Shown piece after piece: positions 1-8,120 of a stretch of DNA of 39,775 nucleotides. The notes under the pieces were generated by a model. It was given only the letters and a program-made list of their open reading frames with translations, made no database searches and had not been told where the DNA came from. Source of the stretch: a virus (taxonomy: Duplodnaviria; Caudoviricetes); the IMG/VR virus record IMGVR_UViG_3300031716_000600, positions 1-39,775 of that record; one strand, given 5' to 3'. Position numbers and translations under genes: made by a program. Within the stretch, counting starts at the first letter, position 1. Each line of letters begins with the position of its first letter.

Positions 1-486
1 TTACGGCTGGATTGCGCAGTCCCGCAGCATGGGAGCGCCGATAACCTCACCCACGCCGGCGCAAAGAATGACGATCGTCTGCCCCTTTTTCAGTGTTGGG
101 GCGATTGCCTTACTATCGTCGCTGAGCATCGCCTGAGCTGCCATAAACTGATTGTCGGTCGCGAGTTGCACGACTGGATCGTCAGCGAAATCGAGGGTGA
201 TGCCAGTAATTAGGCCGGTAACCTCGAGTGGGTGCTCGCCGAAACGCTGCTGAGCGGCTGCTTCGTTCTCTTCATAGGCGCGAGCAAGCTCACGTGCCGT
301 GACTTTCACTGGAGCCAGCCGGGGCAGTGCCGATCCGCCTTCGGTCGATGCCACGGCTGCCGACGTACCATTGGTCTGGGGAGCAGGAGCCAGAAGGCCG
401 ATCACAAACAGCAAGCCCAGTAGCCCTGCAAAGCCAACGAGGATTCGTTTGCCCCAGCCCCATTTCTTCTTCTCAACTTCAGCCAT
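1..486 (-). CDS. Membrane-anchored OB-fold (tRNA_anti-like) protein; lysogenic accessory gene
   Basis: N-terminal TM helix (ILVGFAGLLGLLFVIGLLA), then the motif VTARELARAYEENEAAAQQRF...LEVTGLI...LKKGQTIVILCAG. AGGAGG SD upstream; lies directly downstream of the repressor. Confidence 0.7.
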   Translation of the reverse strand: MAEVEKKKWGWGKRILVGFAGLLGLLFVIGLLAPAPQTNGTSAAVASTEGGSALPRLAPVKVTARELARAYEENEAAAQQRFGEHPLEVTGLITGITLDFADDPVVQLATDNQFMAAQAMLSDDSKAIAPTLKKGQTIVILCAGVGEVIGAPMLRDCAIQP

Positions 487-498
487 TTTTCCCTCCTG

Positions 499-1236
499 TT
501 AGACTCTTCGGCCGATCCAGATCACGCGGCCGACGATGAAGATTTCGTCCTCGGTGGCATCGATCGGGGCGACGGCCGCATTGTCGCTCAGTAAACGGAA
601 CTGACCACCTGGCAGGCGGCGCACTCGCTTGATCATGCCGAGGTCGCCATAGCCGACCGCCCAGATGCGATCCTGGTGCTGCACGACGTTGTCAGCCCGG
701 TTCACCAGGACGTCATCGTCATCCAAGATCGTCGGCATCATGGAATCGCCCTGGCCCGAGGTTAGGAAGACTTCTGCTGGGCGGCCGCGGGTTATCCGGT
801 TGAGCCAGTCGGCACGGAACGGGACCATCCGGCTCTCGACATAGTCGCCCACGACGGCGCCTGCCCCCATCGAATAGGCGATGTCGACTTCTGGAATCAT
901 GGCCAGCCCGAGCTCGCGGACGACGTCCTCCTGCTCAAGCTTCCAGACCTCGTCGGGAAGGTTCATTTGCTTCTTGCCGGTGAGGAGCCAATCAAGGCTG
1001 ACATCCAAGGCGCCGGCGATCTTCAGCGCGATGTCCGACCGTGAAGGTCCACGCGCGATTGCGTCCCGAAGAGTCTGGTCTTTGATGCCAGTGCGCTCGG
1101 CAAGCCACGAAATTGAACGATCTCCCAGCACGGATTTTATGCGAATCCCCGCCTCTGGCAGCTGCTCAACGCCTTGACGCCCGAAGTTTCGTGCTTTACC
1201 CGAATGTTCGGGACGAAGTTTCGGGACATCAGCCAT
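499..1236 (-). CDS. CI/LexA-like phage repressor (HTH + S24 autopeptidase); start codon uncertain
   Basis: HTH (SISWLAERTGIKDQTLRDAI...LDVSLDWLLTG), cleavage-site-like SMGAG, catalytic GDSM and IKRV, C-terminal IVGRVIW. Divergent from the early operon. The true start may lie below 1236 because 1174-1223 looks regulatory. Confidence 0.9.
   Translation of the reverse strand: MADVPKLRPEHSGKARNFGRQGVEQLPEAGIRIKSVLGDRSISWLAERTGIKDQTLRDAIARGPSRSDIALKIAGALDVSLDWLLTGKKQMNLPDEVWKLEQEDVVRELGLAMIPEVDIAYSMGAGAVVGDYVESRMVPFRADWLNRITRGRPAEVFLTSGQGDSMMPTILDDDDVLVNRADNVVQHQDRIWAVGYGDLGMIKRVRRLPGGQFRLLSDNAAVAPIDATEDEIFIVGRVIWIGRRV
1174..1202 (+). promoter_or_regulatory. Putative early promoter (TTGACG-N17-TACCCG)
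   Basis: Good -35 at 1174-1179 and a weak TA-starting -10 at 17-nt spacing. An operator-like palindrome sits in the spacer. Confidence 0.45.
1182..1223. promoter_or_regulatory. Three operator-like palindromes CGAAnnTTCG
   Basis: CGAAGTTTCG 1182-1191, CC-CGAATGTTCG-GG 1199-1212 and CGAAGTTTCG 1214-1223, clustered at the divergent repressor/ner junction. Confidence 0.7.
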
Positions 1237-1246
1237 GTTGGCGACC

Positions 1247-1489
1247 ATGCACAAAGAAGACATCAAAGCCGGGCTTCGAAAGAGGTACGGAACAGTCGCT
1301 GAGTTCGAGCGACTGAAAGGGCTGCCGCCCAAATCGGTATCTGAAATCCTTCGCGGTCGCGCCTGGCGCGCCGTCGAGGAAGCGGTTGAAGCCGCGCTGA
1401 AGGAGAAGGAACCGACCCATAAGCTATCCGAACGTTCGGATAACAGCGAACGCGGCCGGGCGCATCGTCTAAATGCAGGGGTGCGCTGA
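1247..1489 (+). CDS. ner: Ner/Cro-like HTH regulator
   Basis: MHKEDIKAGLRKRYGTVAEFERLKGLPPKSVSEILRG resembles Ner/Nlp. First gene of the early operon; alternative start at 1235. Confidence 0.75.
   Translation: MHKEDIKAGLRKRYGTVAEFERLKGLPPKSVSEILRGRAWRAVEEAVEAALKEKEPTHKLSERSDNSERGRAHRLNAGVR
1426..1441. promoter_or_regulatory. Perfect 16-bp palindrome ATCCGAACGTTCGGAT (fourth CGAAnnTTCG site)
   Basis: Directly readable. Same core as the three upstream sites; 50 bp before the ParB-like gene. Confidence 0.6.
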
Positions 1490-1491
1490 AC

Positions 1492-2379
1492 ATGGCGACC
1501 GCTCCCGCTTCAGGCGTCGTTGACCTCGTCCAGCCCGGCGACGTCATCACTCTCAACCCTGCCGAAATCGTGCTTGGAGAGCGGCTGCGGCCGATTGACC
1601 AGGCGTGGGCTACTGCAATCGGGCAGTCGATGGCGCGCGAGGGGCAAATCCACGCTGTAGACGTCCGGCGCAACAGCGAAGGACAGTGGGAGCTAGCCGG
1701 CGCTGGCGGTCACCGAGTCACCGGCGCCCGGCTGACAAATATCCCGGTCGAATGCCGAGTGGTCGCCTTTGGATCCGATCTAATCCGGCGCCGCGAGGCA
1801 GCCGAGAATCTCTTCCGTCGCGCCAATGATCCGCTCGAGCGAGCGGAAAGCATGGCCGAGTTGGTCCGATTGCATCGAGAGAATGCAGGGATCGAAGCCG
1901 CCGACCGTCGCGGAAAGTCGGTACCGAAGCGCCTCAAGGAGGAGGCCGAAGAGACGTGTGCAACCTTTGCACAGGTCTATGGCTGGGCCGAAGAAGTCGG
2001 CGCCGAACTCGGCTTCTCGAAGCGGACGGTCCAGTATGACCTTCTTCTCTATCGCAGCCTGCCGCCGTCGTTAATTAAGCAGCTCCGCGACGCGAAGCAT
2101 CCGATCCTCAAGAATGCGAGTCAGCTGCGCGCGCTCGCCAAGCTGCCGACGCCAGAGCAGGGGGTCGCCGCTGCGCGCCTCGTCGCGGGCGTCAAGAGCA
2201 TCGGTGAAGCGATCGCGCTGGTGCGGCGGACGAACAAGCCGCTCCCCGAGGACAAGCGCCTGTCGGCCTTCATCGGCGCCTTCCAGCGCATGAGCCTGGC
2301 CGAACGCAAGGGAGCTCTGAGCGCCCTCGCGCCTCTGCTGCCCAAGGACTGGATGGAAACTATCGTGGAGGCTCGCTGA
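1492..2379 (+). CDS. ParB-like (ParB N-terminal domain + HTH) protein
   Basis: RLRPID, AGGHRV (GxxR) and EAAENLFRR motifs; HTH-like VGAELGFSKRTVQYDL. Confidence 0.85.
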   Translation: MATAPASGVVDLVQPGDVITLNPAEIVLGERLRPIDQAWATAIGQSMAREGQIHAVDVRRNSEGQWELAGAGGHRVTGARLTNIPVECRVVAFGSDLIRRREAAENLFRRANDPLERAESMAELVRLHRENAGIEAADRRGKSVPKRLKEEAEETCATFAQVYGWAEEVGAELGFSKRTVQYDLLLYRSLPPSLIKQLRDAKHPILKNASQLRALAKLPTPEQGVAAARLVAGVKSIGEAIALVRRTNKPLPEDKRLSAFIGAFQRMSLAERKGALSALAPLLPKDWMETIVEAR

Positions 2380-2630
2380 TGCCCGGCCACGGCCTCACAC
2401 CGTCCGAGCGGGCGGTTATGGATCTCTGGGACGAGGGCTGCTCGGCCAAGCAGATCGCCACGTTCCTCAGCAAGGATCTCAAGGCCGTCAACCGCGTGAT
2501 CGGCACCTATTCGATCAAGGCATCCGATCGGCCGTCCGCATTCGACCGCATGGCGATCGCCGGAAGCAAGGCGCTGCTCGCCGCGATCCTTCGTCACCAC
2601 GTCGAGCGCCCCGCGGAGGCTAGGCCATGA
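2379..2630 (+). CDS. Small HTH protein
   Basis: LTPSERAVMDLWDEGCSAKQIATFL; start overlaps the previous stop (TGATG). Confidence 0.6.
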   Translation: MPGHGLTPSERAVMDLWDEGCSAKQIATFLSKDLKAVNRVIGTYSIKASDRPSAFDRMAIAGSKALLAAILRHHVERPAEARP

Positions 2631-3142
2631 GCGATCGTCAGGCAAAGACGGTGCGCTTCGTCACCGAGCAGCTCGAACAGCGGGGCGTGGCGCCCACCTA
2701 TCGCGAGATCGCCGCGCATCTCAGCGTGTCAGTTTCGGCGTCCTACAAGATCGTCGACCGGCTGATCGGGCAGCGGCGCCTGGTCAGGACCAAGGGGCAC
2801 AACCGCAATCTCAGCGTGCCCGGCCGGGTCGAGCTGCGCGACGTGCCGTCTCTGACGCTGAAGAACGAACTGGAGCGCCGCGGCGAGCTTTTCGAAAGCG
2901 CCAGCGCTCTCAGTGTCGCCCGAGGACGAGAATGCGCGGCAACCGGCTGCGCCATCAAGGTCCAGCGCGGCCACCTTTTTTGCATCCGGCACTACCGCGC
3001 CGTCCCCCGCACGATCATGGGCAATCTGCTCAATTCCTTCTCGCGTCAGGACCGCAAGGGCTTCGAGCGCTGGTTCGGGATGGCGAAGGACAGCCTCGAC
3101 GCGCAGGGGCTCGTCGAAACCGTGGTGGAGCGCGTCCAGTGA
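2627..3142 (+). CDS. LexA-like winged-HTH protein with C-terminal Cys/His cluster
   Basis: GVAPTYREIAAHLSVS is typical of the LexA DNA-binding domain; no peptidase domain; CAATGC...FCIRH putative Zn site. Confidence 0.7.
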   Translation: MSDRQAKTVRFVTEQLEQRGVAPTYREIAAHLSVSVSASYKIVDRLIGQRRLVRTKGHNRNLSVPGRVELRDVPSLTLKNELERRGELFESASALSVARGRECAATGCAIKVQRGHLFCIRHYRAVPRTIMGNLLNSFSRQDRKGFERWFGMAKDSLDAQGLVETVVERVQ

Positions 3143-3423
3143 GCCGCCGGGTTTCCGAAGCCGACCGGATGCGGGCGGCGCGTGAAGCCTTCGAGCTTGC
3201 GCAGTACGAGGGAATTACCGTCCTCGAAGCCCGGCAGCTGCTCGCCGATCGGCGCCGTGTCGCGCTGGCGGCCGAGCGCCGCGCACGGATGGATGCAGCG
3301 CGCGGCGTCATCCGGCGCTGTGGAACTGCTGATCGGGCGAGCGAGCCGACGACCGGCCTCGAACCCTCGCATCCTGCAGCAGCCCAGCCTGAGCGTCGCT
3401 TCTGGTGGGAGGATCGCGACTGA
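3139..3423 (+). CDS. Hypothetical protein (94 aa, GTG start)
   Basis: GTGA and TGATG overlaps couple it to both neighbours; 3' part of track ORF 2932-3423. Confidence 0.65.
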   Translation: MSRRVSEADRMRAAREAFELAQYEGITVLEARQLLADRRRVALAAERRARMDAARGVIRRCGTADRASEPTTGLEPSHPAAAQPERRFWWEDRD

Positions 3424-4106
3424 TGGGCGACGTCATTCGCACCAAGCGCTGGCGCGGCGGTAAGGGTGGCGGCTCAACCCTCCGCTCCGATAATTTGCGC
3501 CCGGCGCCAGCGCTATTCACGCCAGACTTCGTCAAGCATATGCTGGCGCTTACCGAAAAGGTAGGACGGCCCACCGCGGCAGCGGCGCCGTTCCCGACAC
3601 CCAAGGTCAAGCCGACCCTGAAGGTGTCAACCAGTTCCCCGGCAGCGGCCGTCACTCCCGAGCCTGCTGTCGTCCCCGTCGCGCCGGAAGAGCCCGCCAA
3701 GCTCCCCGACGATACGGGCAACCGCGAGCTGGCGCCGCTGTCCAAAGCGGCGCCGGCTCGCACCTCCAAAAGATACCCAGGAGCGTCCGGTACGGCTCGC
3801 AAGGCCCCCGGCGCAGCGTCATCGGGCGCTGCCTCGCGGATCACAGATCGCGCTCCAATCGCCAGCGAGCCGGCTCCCGCCCCAGTCGAGGAGCCGGCTC
3901 GCACCACGCCTGCGTTCAGGCCGCTTCCGGCCTTCATCTACGCCGAGCGGATCGCGTCGGCGCGCGCTTACCTCAACGCGCGGCATTTCACGGTGCGGCG
4001 CGACAATCCCGACGACTTGATCGCCCGCTGGGCGGTGTCCGGCCTTCACGGCTTCCTTAGCAACGAAGAGCTGGTCGCCTTCGCCCAGCGGCAGGGCATG
4101 GCATGA
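3423..4106 (+). CDS. Pro/Ala-rich hypothetical protein
   Basis: ATG overlaps the previous stop; long low-complexity linker and a compact C-terminal domain. Confidence 0.65.
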   Translation: MGDVIRTKRWRGGKGGGSTLRSDNLRPAPALFTPDFVKHMLALTEKVGRPTAAAAPFPTPKVKPTLKVSTSSPAAAVTPEPAVVPVAPEEPAKLPDDTGNRELAPLSKAAPARTSKRYPGASGTARKAPGAASSGAASRITDRAPIASEPAPAPVEEPARTTPAFRPLPAFIYAERIASARAYLNARHFTVRRDNPDDLIARWAVSGLHGFLSNEELVAFAQRQGMA

Positions 4107-4564
4107 GCAAGCGGCGCCCCGCTCTCAACTCCAGCCAGCTCGGCTTTACGTTCGAGCCGCCGGTCGCCGCCTCGCAGCCGGCCGACCTAGCCGGCCTGGA
4201 GCGGGTGATCGCAAGCGGTGTCGCCATGGGTCTGAAGGACGATCCTCGGACCCGGCCAGAGATTGCGGGCGCCATGTCGGCGCTGCTCGGCGAGGACATT
4301 ACCGGCTTCATGCTCGACGCTTATGCAAGCGAGGCGCGCGAAAACCACAACATCTCGGCCGCCCGGTTCCTCGCCTTCGTAGCGGTGACGCGGCGATACG
4401 ACCTCTTGGATCACGTGCTGCGCCGGATCGGTGCCGCAGCCCTGGTCGGCGAGGAGATCCTTTGCGCCCGGTCAGGGCACCTGCGGGCGCAGATCGACCG
4501 GCTGAAAGCCGAGCTCAAAGACATCGAGAATCGGGCAGGCCCGATCGGGCGGTGCGGCCAATGA
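4103..4564 (+). CDS. Conserved Mu-like early protein (probable DNA-binding) upstream of transposase
   Basis: TRPEIAGAMSALLGEDITGFMLDAYASEARENHNIS resembles a family found before MuA in Mu-like prophages; ATGA overlaps at both ends. Confidence 0.7.
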   Translation: MSKRRPALNSSQLGFTFEPPVAASQPADLAGLERVIASGVAMGLKDDPRTRPEIAGAMSALLGEDITGFMLDAYASEARENHNISAARFLAFVAVTRRYDLLDHVLRRIGAAALVGEEILCARSGHLRAQIDRLKAELKDIENRAGPIGRCGQ

Positions 4565-6546
4565 GCGGCGCGGGGGAAAAGCACGACGTGAAAGCATGGT
4601 TCACCTCCGCCGAACTGGCTGCCCTGGCGCTACCCGGGCTGAGCAAGGCGAAGCGCAAGATCAACGAAAAGGCGGCGGCCGAGTGCTGGGCGCTTCGCGA
4701 GGACGGGGGCGGCCAGCCGCTCGCCCGGCCGAGAGCGGGGCGGGGCGGCGGCCTCGAATATCACGTCGACCTGCTTCCCGCTGTAGCGCGGCTGGAACTG
4801 GTCCGGCGCGGCATGGTGGTCGAAGGGGCCGAGCAGGCCGCCAAGGCGCCACAGACCGCGCTGACGCGCTCCTGGGCATGGTTCGAAGGTCAATCCGCCA
4901 AGGTGAAAGCCGAGGCGGAGCACCGCGCCGCGATCATCGCCCGCGTCGAGGCTTACGAGGCCGGTAGGCTGACGCGGTCGACGGCGATCGCGCTGGTCGC
5001 ATCGGAAGCAAACCTCGCTTCCTCGACGCTCTGGGGCTGGCTGAGCCAGATTGAAGGCGTGGACGCCTGCGATCGATTGCCGCACCTCGCGCCGCGTCGG
5101 CAGGGCGGGGGCGCCGAGGCGGAGGTCGACGCCGGCGCCTGGCAGTTCCTGATCAGCGACTATCTTCGGCCCGAGAAGCCGACATTCGCCAGCTGCTATC
5201 AGCGTTGCCTTGTCGATTATGCCGAGCCGCGCGGCTTGCAGCTGCCTCACCGCAAGACGCTCTATCGCAAGCTTGAGCGCGAAATCGACGGCCGGCTGCT
5301 GATCGCCCGCCGTGAAGGGGCAGAGGCGCTTCGTCGCACCCTGCCGCCGCAGCAGCGCACCGTCGCGGCTAGCCATGCCATGGCTTTGGTCAACATCGAC
5401 GGCCACAAATGGGACGTCTTCGTCCGCTTCCCAGACGGCAGGATCGCTCGGCCGATCATGGTCGCGATTCAGGACGTCTTCAGCCGCAAGATCCTGTCCT
5501 GGCGGATCGACCAGACCGAGAATGCGGTCCTCACGCGGCTCGCGTTCGCCGATCTGTTCCGCGACCATGGCATTCCGGCGGGCTGCCTGATGGACAACGG
5601 CCGGGCCTTCGCCAGCAAGTGGATCACCGGCGGCGCGGCGACCCGCTTCCGCTTCAAGATCAAGGCGGAAGAGCCGACCGGCCTGCTTACGGCGCTCGGC
5701 GTCCGGATCCACTGGGCCACTCCTTACCGGGGACAGTCGAAGCCGATCGAGCGCGCCTTCCGCGACCTTTGCGACAGCGTGGCGAAGCATCCGTCCTTCG
5801 CCGGCGCCTACACCGGTAACCGACCTGACGCGAAGCCTGAGAATTACGGGTCGAAAGCGATCGACTTCGACCTGTTCCAAGCGGTGGTGAAGCGCGGGAT
5901 CGAAATGCACAATGCGAAGCTCGGCCGGCGCACCGAAACTGCGCACGGACAGAGCTTCGACGACGTCTTTGCCGCCTCTTACGCCGCCAGCCCGATCGGG
6001 CGGGCCACGCCGGAGCAGCTGCGGATGGCGTTGCTGACGGCTGAGGAGTTGCGTGCCGATCGCGCGACCGGCGCGATCACATTGATGGGCAATCGCTACT
6101 GGGCTCCGGAGATGGCCCAGCTCGCCGGTCAGAAGATCACCGTTCGCTTCGATCCGGACGATCTGACCCAGTCGGTCCACGTCTATGACAAGGCAGGCCG
6201 CTTCCTCGCCACGGCGCCGGTATGGGAGCAGACCGGCTTCCTCGATGCCGGCGCGGCACGGGCGCGAGCCCGCCTCGAAGGGGACCTCAAGAAGGCCGTC
6301 AAGCGCCAGGAAGAGGTCGCCGACCTCCTCCGCGCCGAGGAGCTGGCGCGCCTCATTCCCGCCCACGACGACGAGCAGCCGGAGCCGCTGCAGCCGACCA
6401 TCGTGCGGCCCGTGCGGCACCGCGGGATGACCGCGGCTGCGCTGAAATCGGCGCCGGTCGCCACACCGACCGCGGCGCCGGCGCCCACCCCCATGATCGA
6501 CCGCTTCGCGCAGGCCGTCAGGCACCTGCGCGTCGTGGAGGATTGA
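4561..6546 (+). CDS. muA: MuA-type DDE transposase
   Basis: Mu DNA-binding N-terminus (WFTSAELAAL...GGGLEYH), DDE motifs NIDGH / MDNGRAF / SKPIERAF, and C-terminal VRFDPDDL. ATG overlaps the previous stop. Confidence 0.95.
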   Translation: MSGAGEKHDVKAWFTSAELAALALPGLSKAKRKINEKAAAECWALREDGGGQPLARPRAGRGGGLEYHVDLLPAVARLELVRRGMVVEGAEQAAKAPQTALTRSWAWFEGQSAKVKAEAEHRAAIIARVEAYEAGRLTRSTAIALVASEANLASSTLWGWLSQIEGVDACDRLPHLAPRRQGGGAEAEVDAGAWQFLISDYLRPEKPTFASCYQRCLVDYAEPRGLQLPHRKTLYRKLEREIDGRLLIARREGAEALRRTLPPQQRTVAASHAMALVNIDGHKWDVFVRFPDGRIARPIMVAIQDVFSRKILSWRIDQTENAVLTRLAFADLFRDHGIPAGCLMDNGRAFASKWITGGAATRFRFKIKAEEPTGLLTALGVRIHWATPYRGQSKPIERAFRDLCDSVAKHPSFAGAYTGNRPDAKPENYGSKAIDFDLFQAVVKRGIEMHNAKLGRRTETAHGQSFDDVFAASYAASPIGRATPEQLRMALLTAEELRADRATGAITLMGNRYWAPEMAQLAGQKITVRFDPDDLTQSVHVYDKAGRFLATAPVWEQTGFLDAGAARARARLEGDLKKAVKRQEEVADLLRAEELARLIPAHDDEQPEPLQPTIVRPVRHRGMTAAALKSAPVATPTAAPAPTPMIDRFAQAVRHLRVVED

Positions 6547-6585
6547 GCGGCCTCCCCGGGCCACAACGAAGAGGAAGCTTGAAGA

Positions 6586-7542
6586 ATGAATACCCCCGAC
6601 AACCTCCCGGTCGACGTCGACGAGCAGCGCTCGTGGCTGCTCGCCCACAAGGACCTGAGCGGTCTTAGCTGGCCGGCGCTAGCGACCCAGATGGGCCTGA
6701 AGTCGGGCACCATCTCGGTCTTCGCGACGGGCAAGTACCAAGGCGATAATGACCGCATCGCGCGCGACATCTTCCGCTTCCGCCAGAAGCTGACCAGCCA
6801 GGCCGACCTGGCGCTCGATGCCCCGATCATTCCTGGGTACTTCGACACGCCGACGAGCCGCCGGGTGCAGTCGACCCTTCTTTGGGGCCAACGTGGCCGT
6901 ATGGTCGCGATGGCGATGGGCCCTGGCACCGGCAAGACGACCGCGCTGCTCAACTTCCGAGATGCCATGTCAAACGTCTGGGTGGTCACGATGTCGCCGA
7001 GCTCGGCCGGCGTGAACAACATGTGCATCAAGGTGCTTGAAGCTCTCGGCGAAAAGGGCGCGCGCGGAAGCAGCCAATCTCTATCGGCGCGCATTCGTGA
7101 GCGCCTGACGGGCACCGGGGGCCTGCTGGCCTTCGACGAAGCGCAGCATCTTTCCGTCCCGGCATTGGAGGAAATCCGCAGCTGGCATGACGAAACCGGG
7201 GTCGGGATCGCACTCCTTGGCAATGAAACGGTCGTGAGTCGGATTGAGGGCGGGCAGCGCAAGGCGATTTTTGCACAGCTCTACAGCCGGATCAGCATGC
7301 GGCACGTCCAAGCGCTGCCGCTGAAGGAAGATGCCGAAGCGTTGGCGGCCGCGTGGGAAGTCACCGAGGAGCGACAGGTCAGGTACATCGTCAAGCAGGC
7401 AAGCATGCCAGGCGGCCTGCGCGGCGTGACGATGATGATGGAGCTGGCCACGGTGATCGCCAACGGCGATCGCGAGCCCCGCACTCTGTCGCATCTGACC
7501 GACGCCTGGGCGCAGCTCACCAGCCGCCCGCTGGGAGCCTGA
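6586..7542 (+). CDS. muB: MuB-like AAA+ transposition ATPase
   Basis: Walker A GPGTGKTT, Walker B FDEAQHL, FAQLYSRI; GAGG SD; follows the transposase. Confidence 0.93.
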   Translation: MNTPDNLPVDVDEQRSWLLAHKDLSGLSWPALATQMGLKSGTISVFATGKYQGDNDRIARDIFRFRQKLTSQADLALDAPIIPGYFDTPTSRRVQSTLLWGQRGRMVAMAMGPGTGKTTALLNFRDAMSNVWVVTMSPSSAGVNNMCIKVLEALGEKGARGSSQSLSARIRERLTGTGGLLAFDEAQHLSVPALEEIRSWHDETGVGIALLGNETVVSRIEGGQRKAIFAQLYSRISMRHVQALPLKEDAEALAAAWEVTEERQVRYIVKQASMPGGLRGVTMMMELATVIANGDREPRTLSHLTDAWAQLTSRPLGA

Positions 7543-7545
7543 GCC

Positions 7546-7698
7546 ATGGCGACCATTGATCGCATCCTGAGGGTTCTGACCGGCCAGGAGCGGGGTGCGT
7601 CCTGCGGCCTGGGCCTGATGAGTCTGGTCATCGCCGCCGGCGTCCTTCTCGGCCCGGTCCAGATTGCTTTCCTCCTCGCGCTCGGAGGTGAGCGGTGA
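7546..7698 (+). CDS. 50-aa small membrane protein (not in ORF track)
   Basis: MATIDRILRVLTGQERGASCGLGLMSLVIAAGVLLGPVQIAFLLALGGER; GGAG SD; fills the gap and its stop overlaps the next GTG. Confidence 0.6.
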   Translation: MATIDRILRVLTGQERGASCGLGLMSLVIAAGVLLGPVQIAFLLALGGER

Positions 7699-8120
7699 GT
7701 GGGCTTTCCGACGTCGCCCTGCTGGACCGGTTGCGGGTTCTGAACACCGAGATCGCGATGATCCGCGGCGAAGTGTTCCGGCGCGCCGGCGTGCCGGCGC
7801 CGAGCCTCGATTCGCGCGTCGACGACGTGATTGAAGCGGCCGGCCGCTTCAGCGCCACCCACGTCAGTCTTATCCGCGGGCGCGGTCGATCCGAGAGCCT
7901 TTGCAAGGTTCGGTTCGCCGTCATGTGGGTGAGCCGCATCGCGTTCGGTTACTCCACGCCGAAGATCGCAAGGGCGCTCGGCAATCGCGATCACACCACG
8001 ATTCTAACTGGCATTCGCCGCGCCGAGAGCCTGCGGGCAACTGATACTGCCTTCCGCGCCTTCACTGACGGCTTGCTGGCCCTCTTCGCACCCAAGGAGA
8101 ACACCCATGCGGGCCACTGA
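7695..8120 (+). CDS. DnaA C-terminal (domain IV)-like HTH protein
   Basis: RFAVMWVSR...GYSTPKIARALGNRDHTTILTGIRR matches the DnaA signature IG..FG.RDHTTV. Confidence 0.85.
   Translation: MSGLSDVALLDRLRVLNTEIAMIRGEVFRRAGVPAPSLDSRVDDVIEAAGRFSATHVSLIRGRGRSESLCKVRFAVMWVSRIAFGYSTPKIARALGNRDHTTILTGIRRAESLRATDTAFRAFTDGLLALFAPKENTHAGH

Noticed and set aside
1430-1444. GAAC-N7-TAAC, near an alphaproteobacterial LexA box
   Set aside because: One mismatch, inside a gene, and already explained by the palindrome.
4462-4560. Longer upstream starts given by the ORF track (e.g. 4462, 9855, 21319, 24494, 30325, 33219)
   Set aside because: Most overlap upstream genes or regulatory sites; downstream starts with an SD or stop-start coupling fit better.
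4630-6648. 672-aa antisense ORF opposite the transposase (also 17833-19023, 21748-23082, 24656-25735, 28068-29063)
   Set aside because: Shadow ORFs expected from high-GC codon bias; no recognisable motifs, and each lies essentially wholly opposite clear genes.
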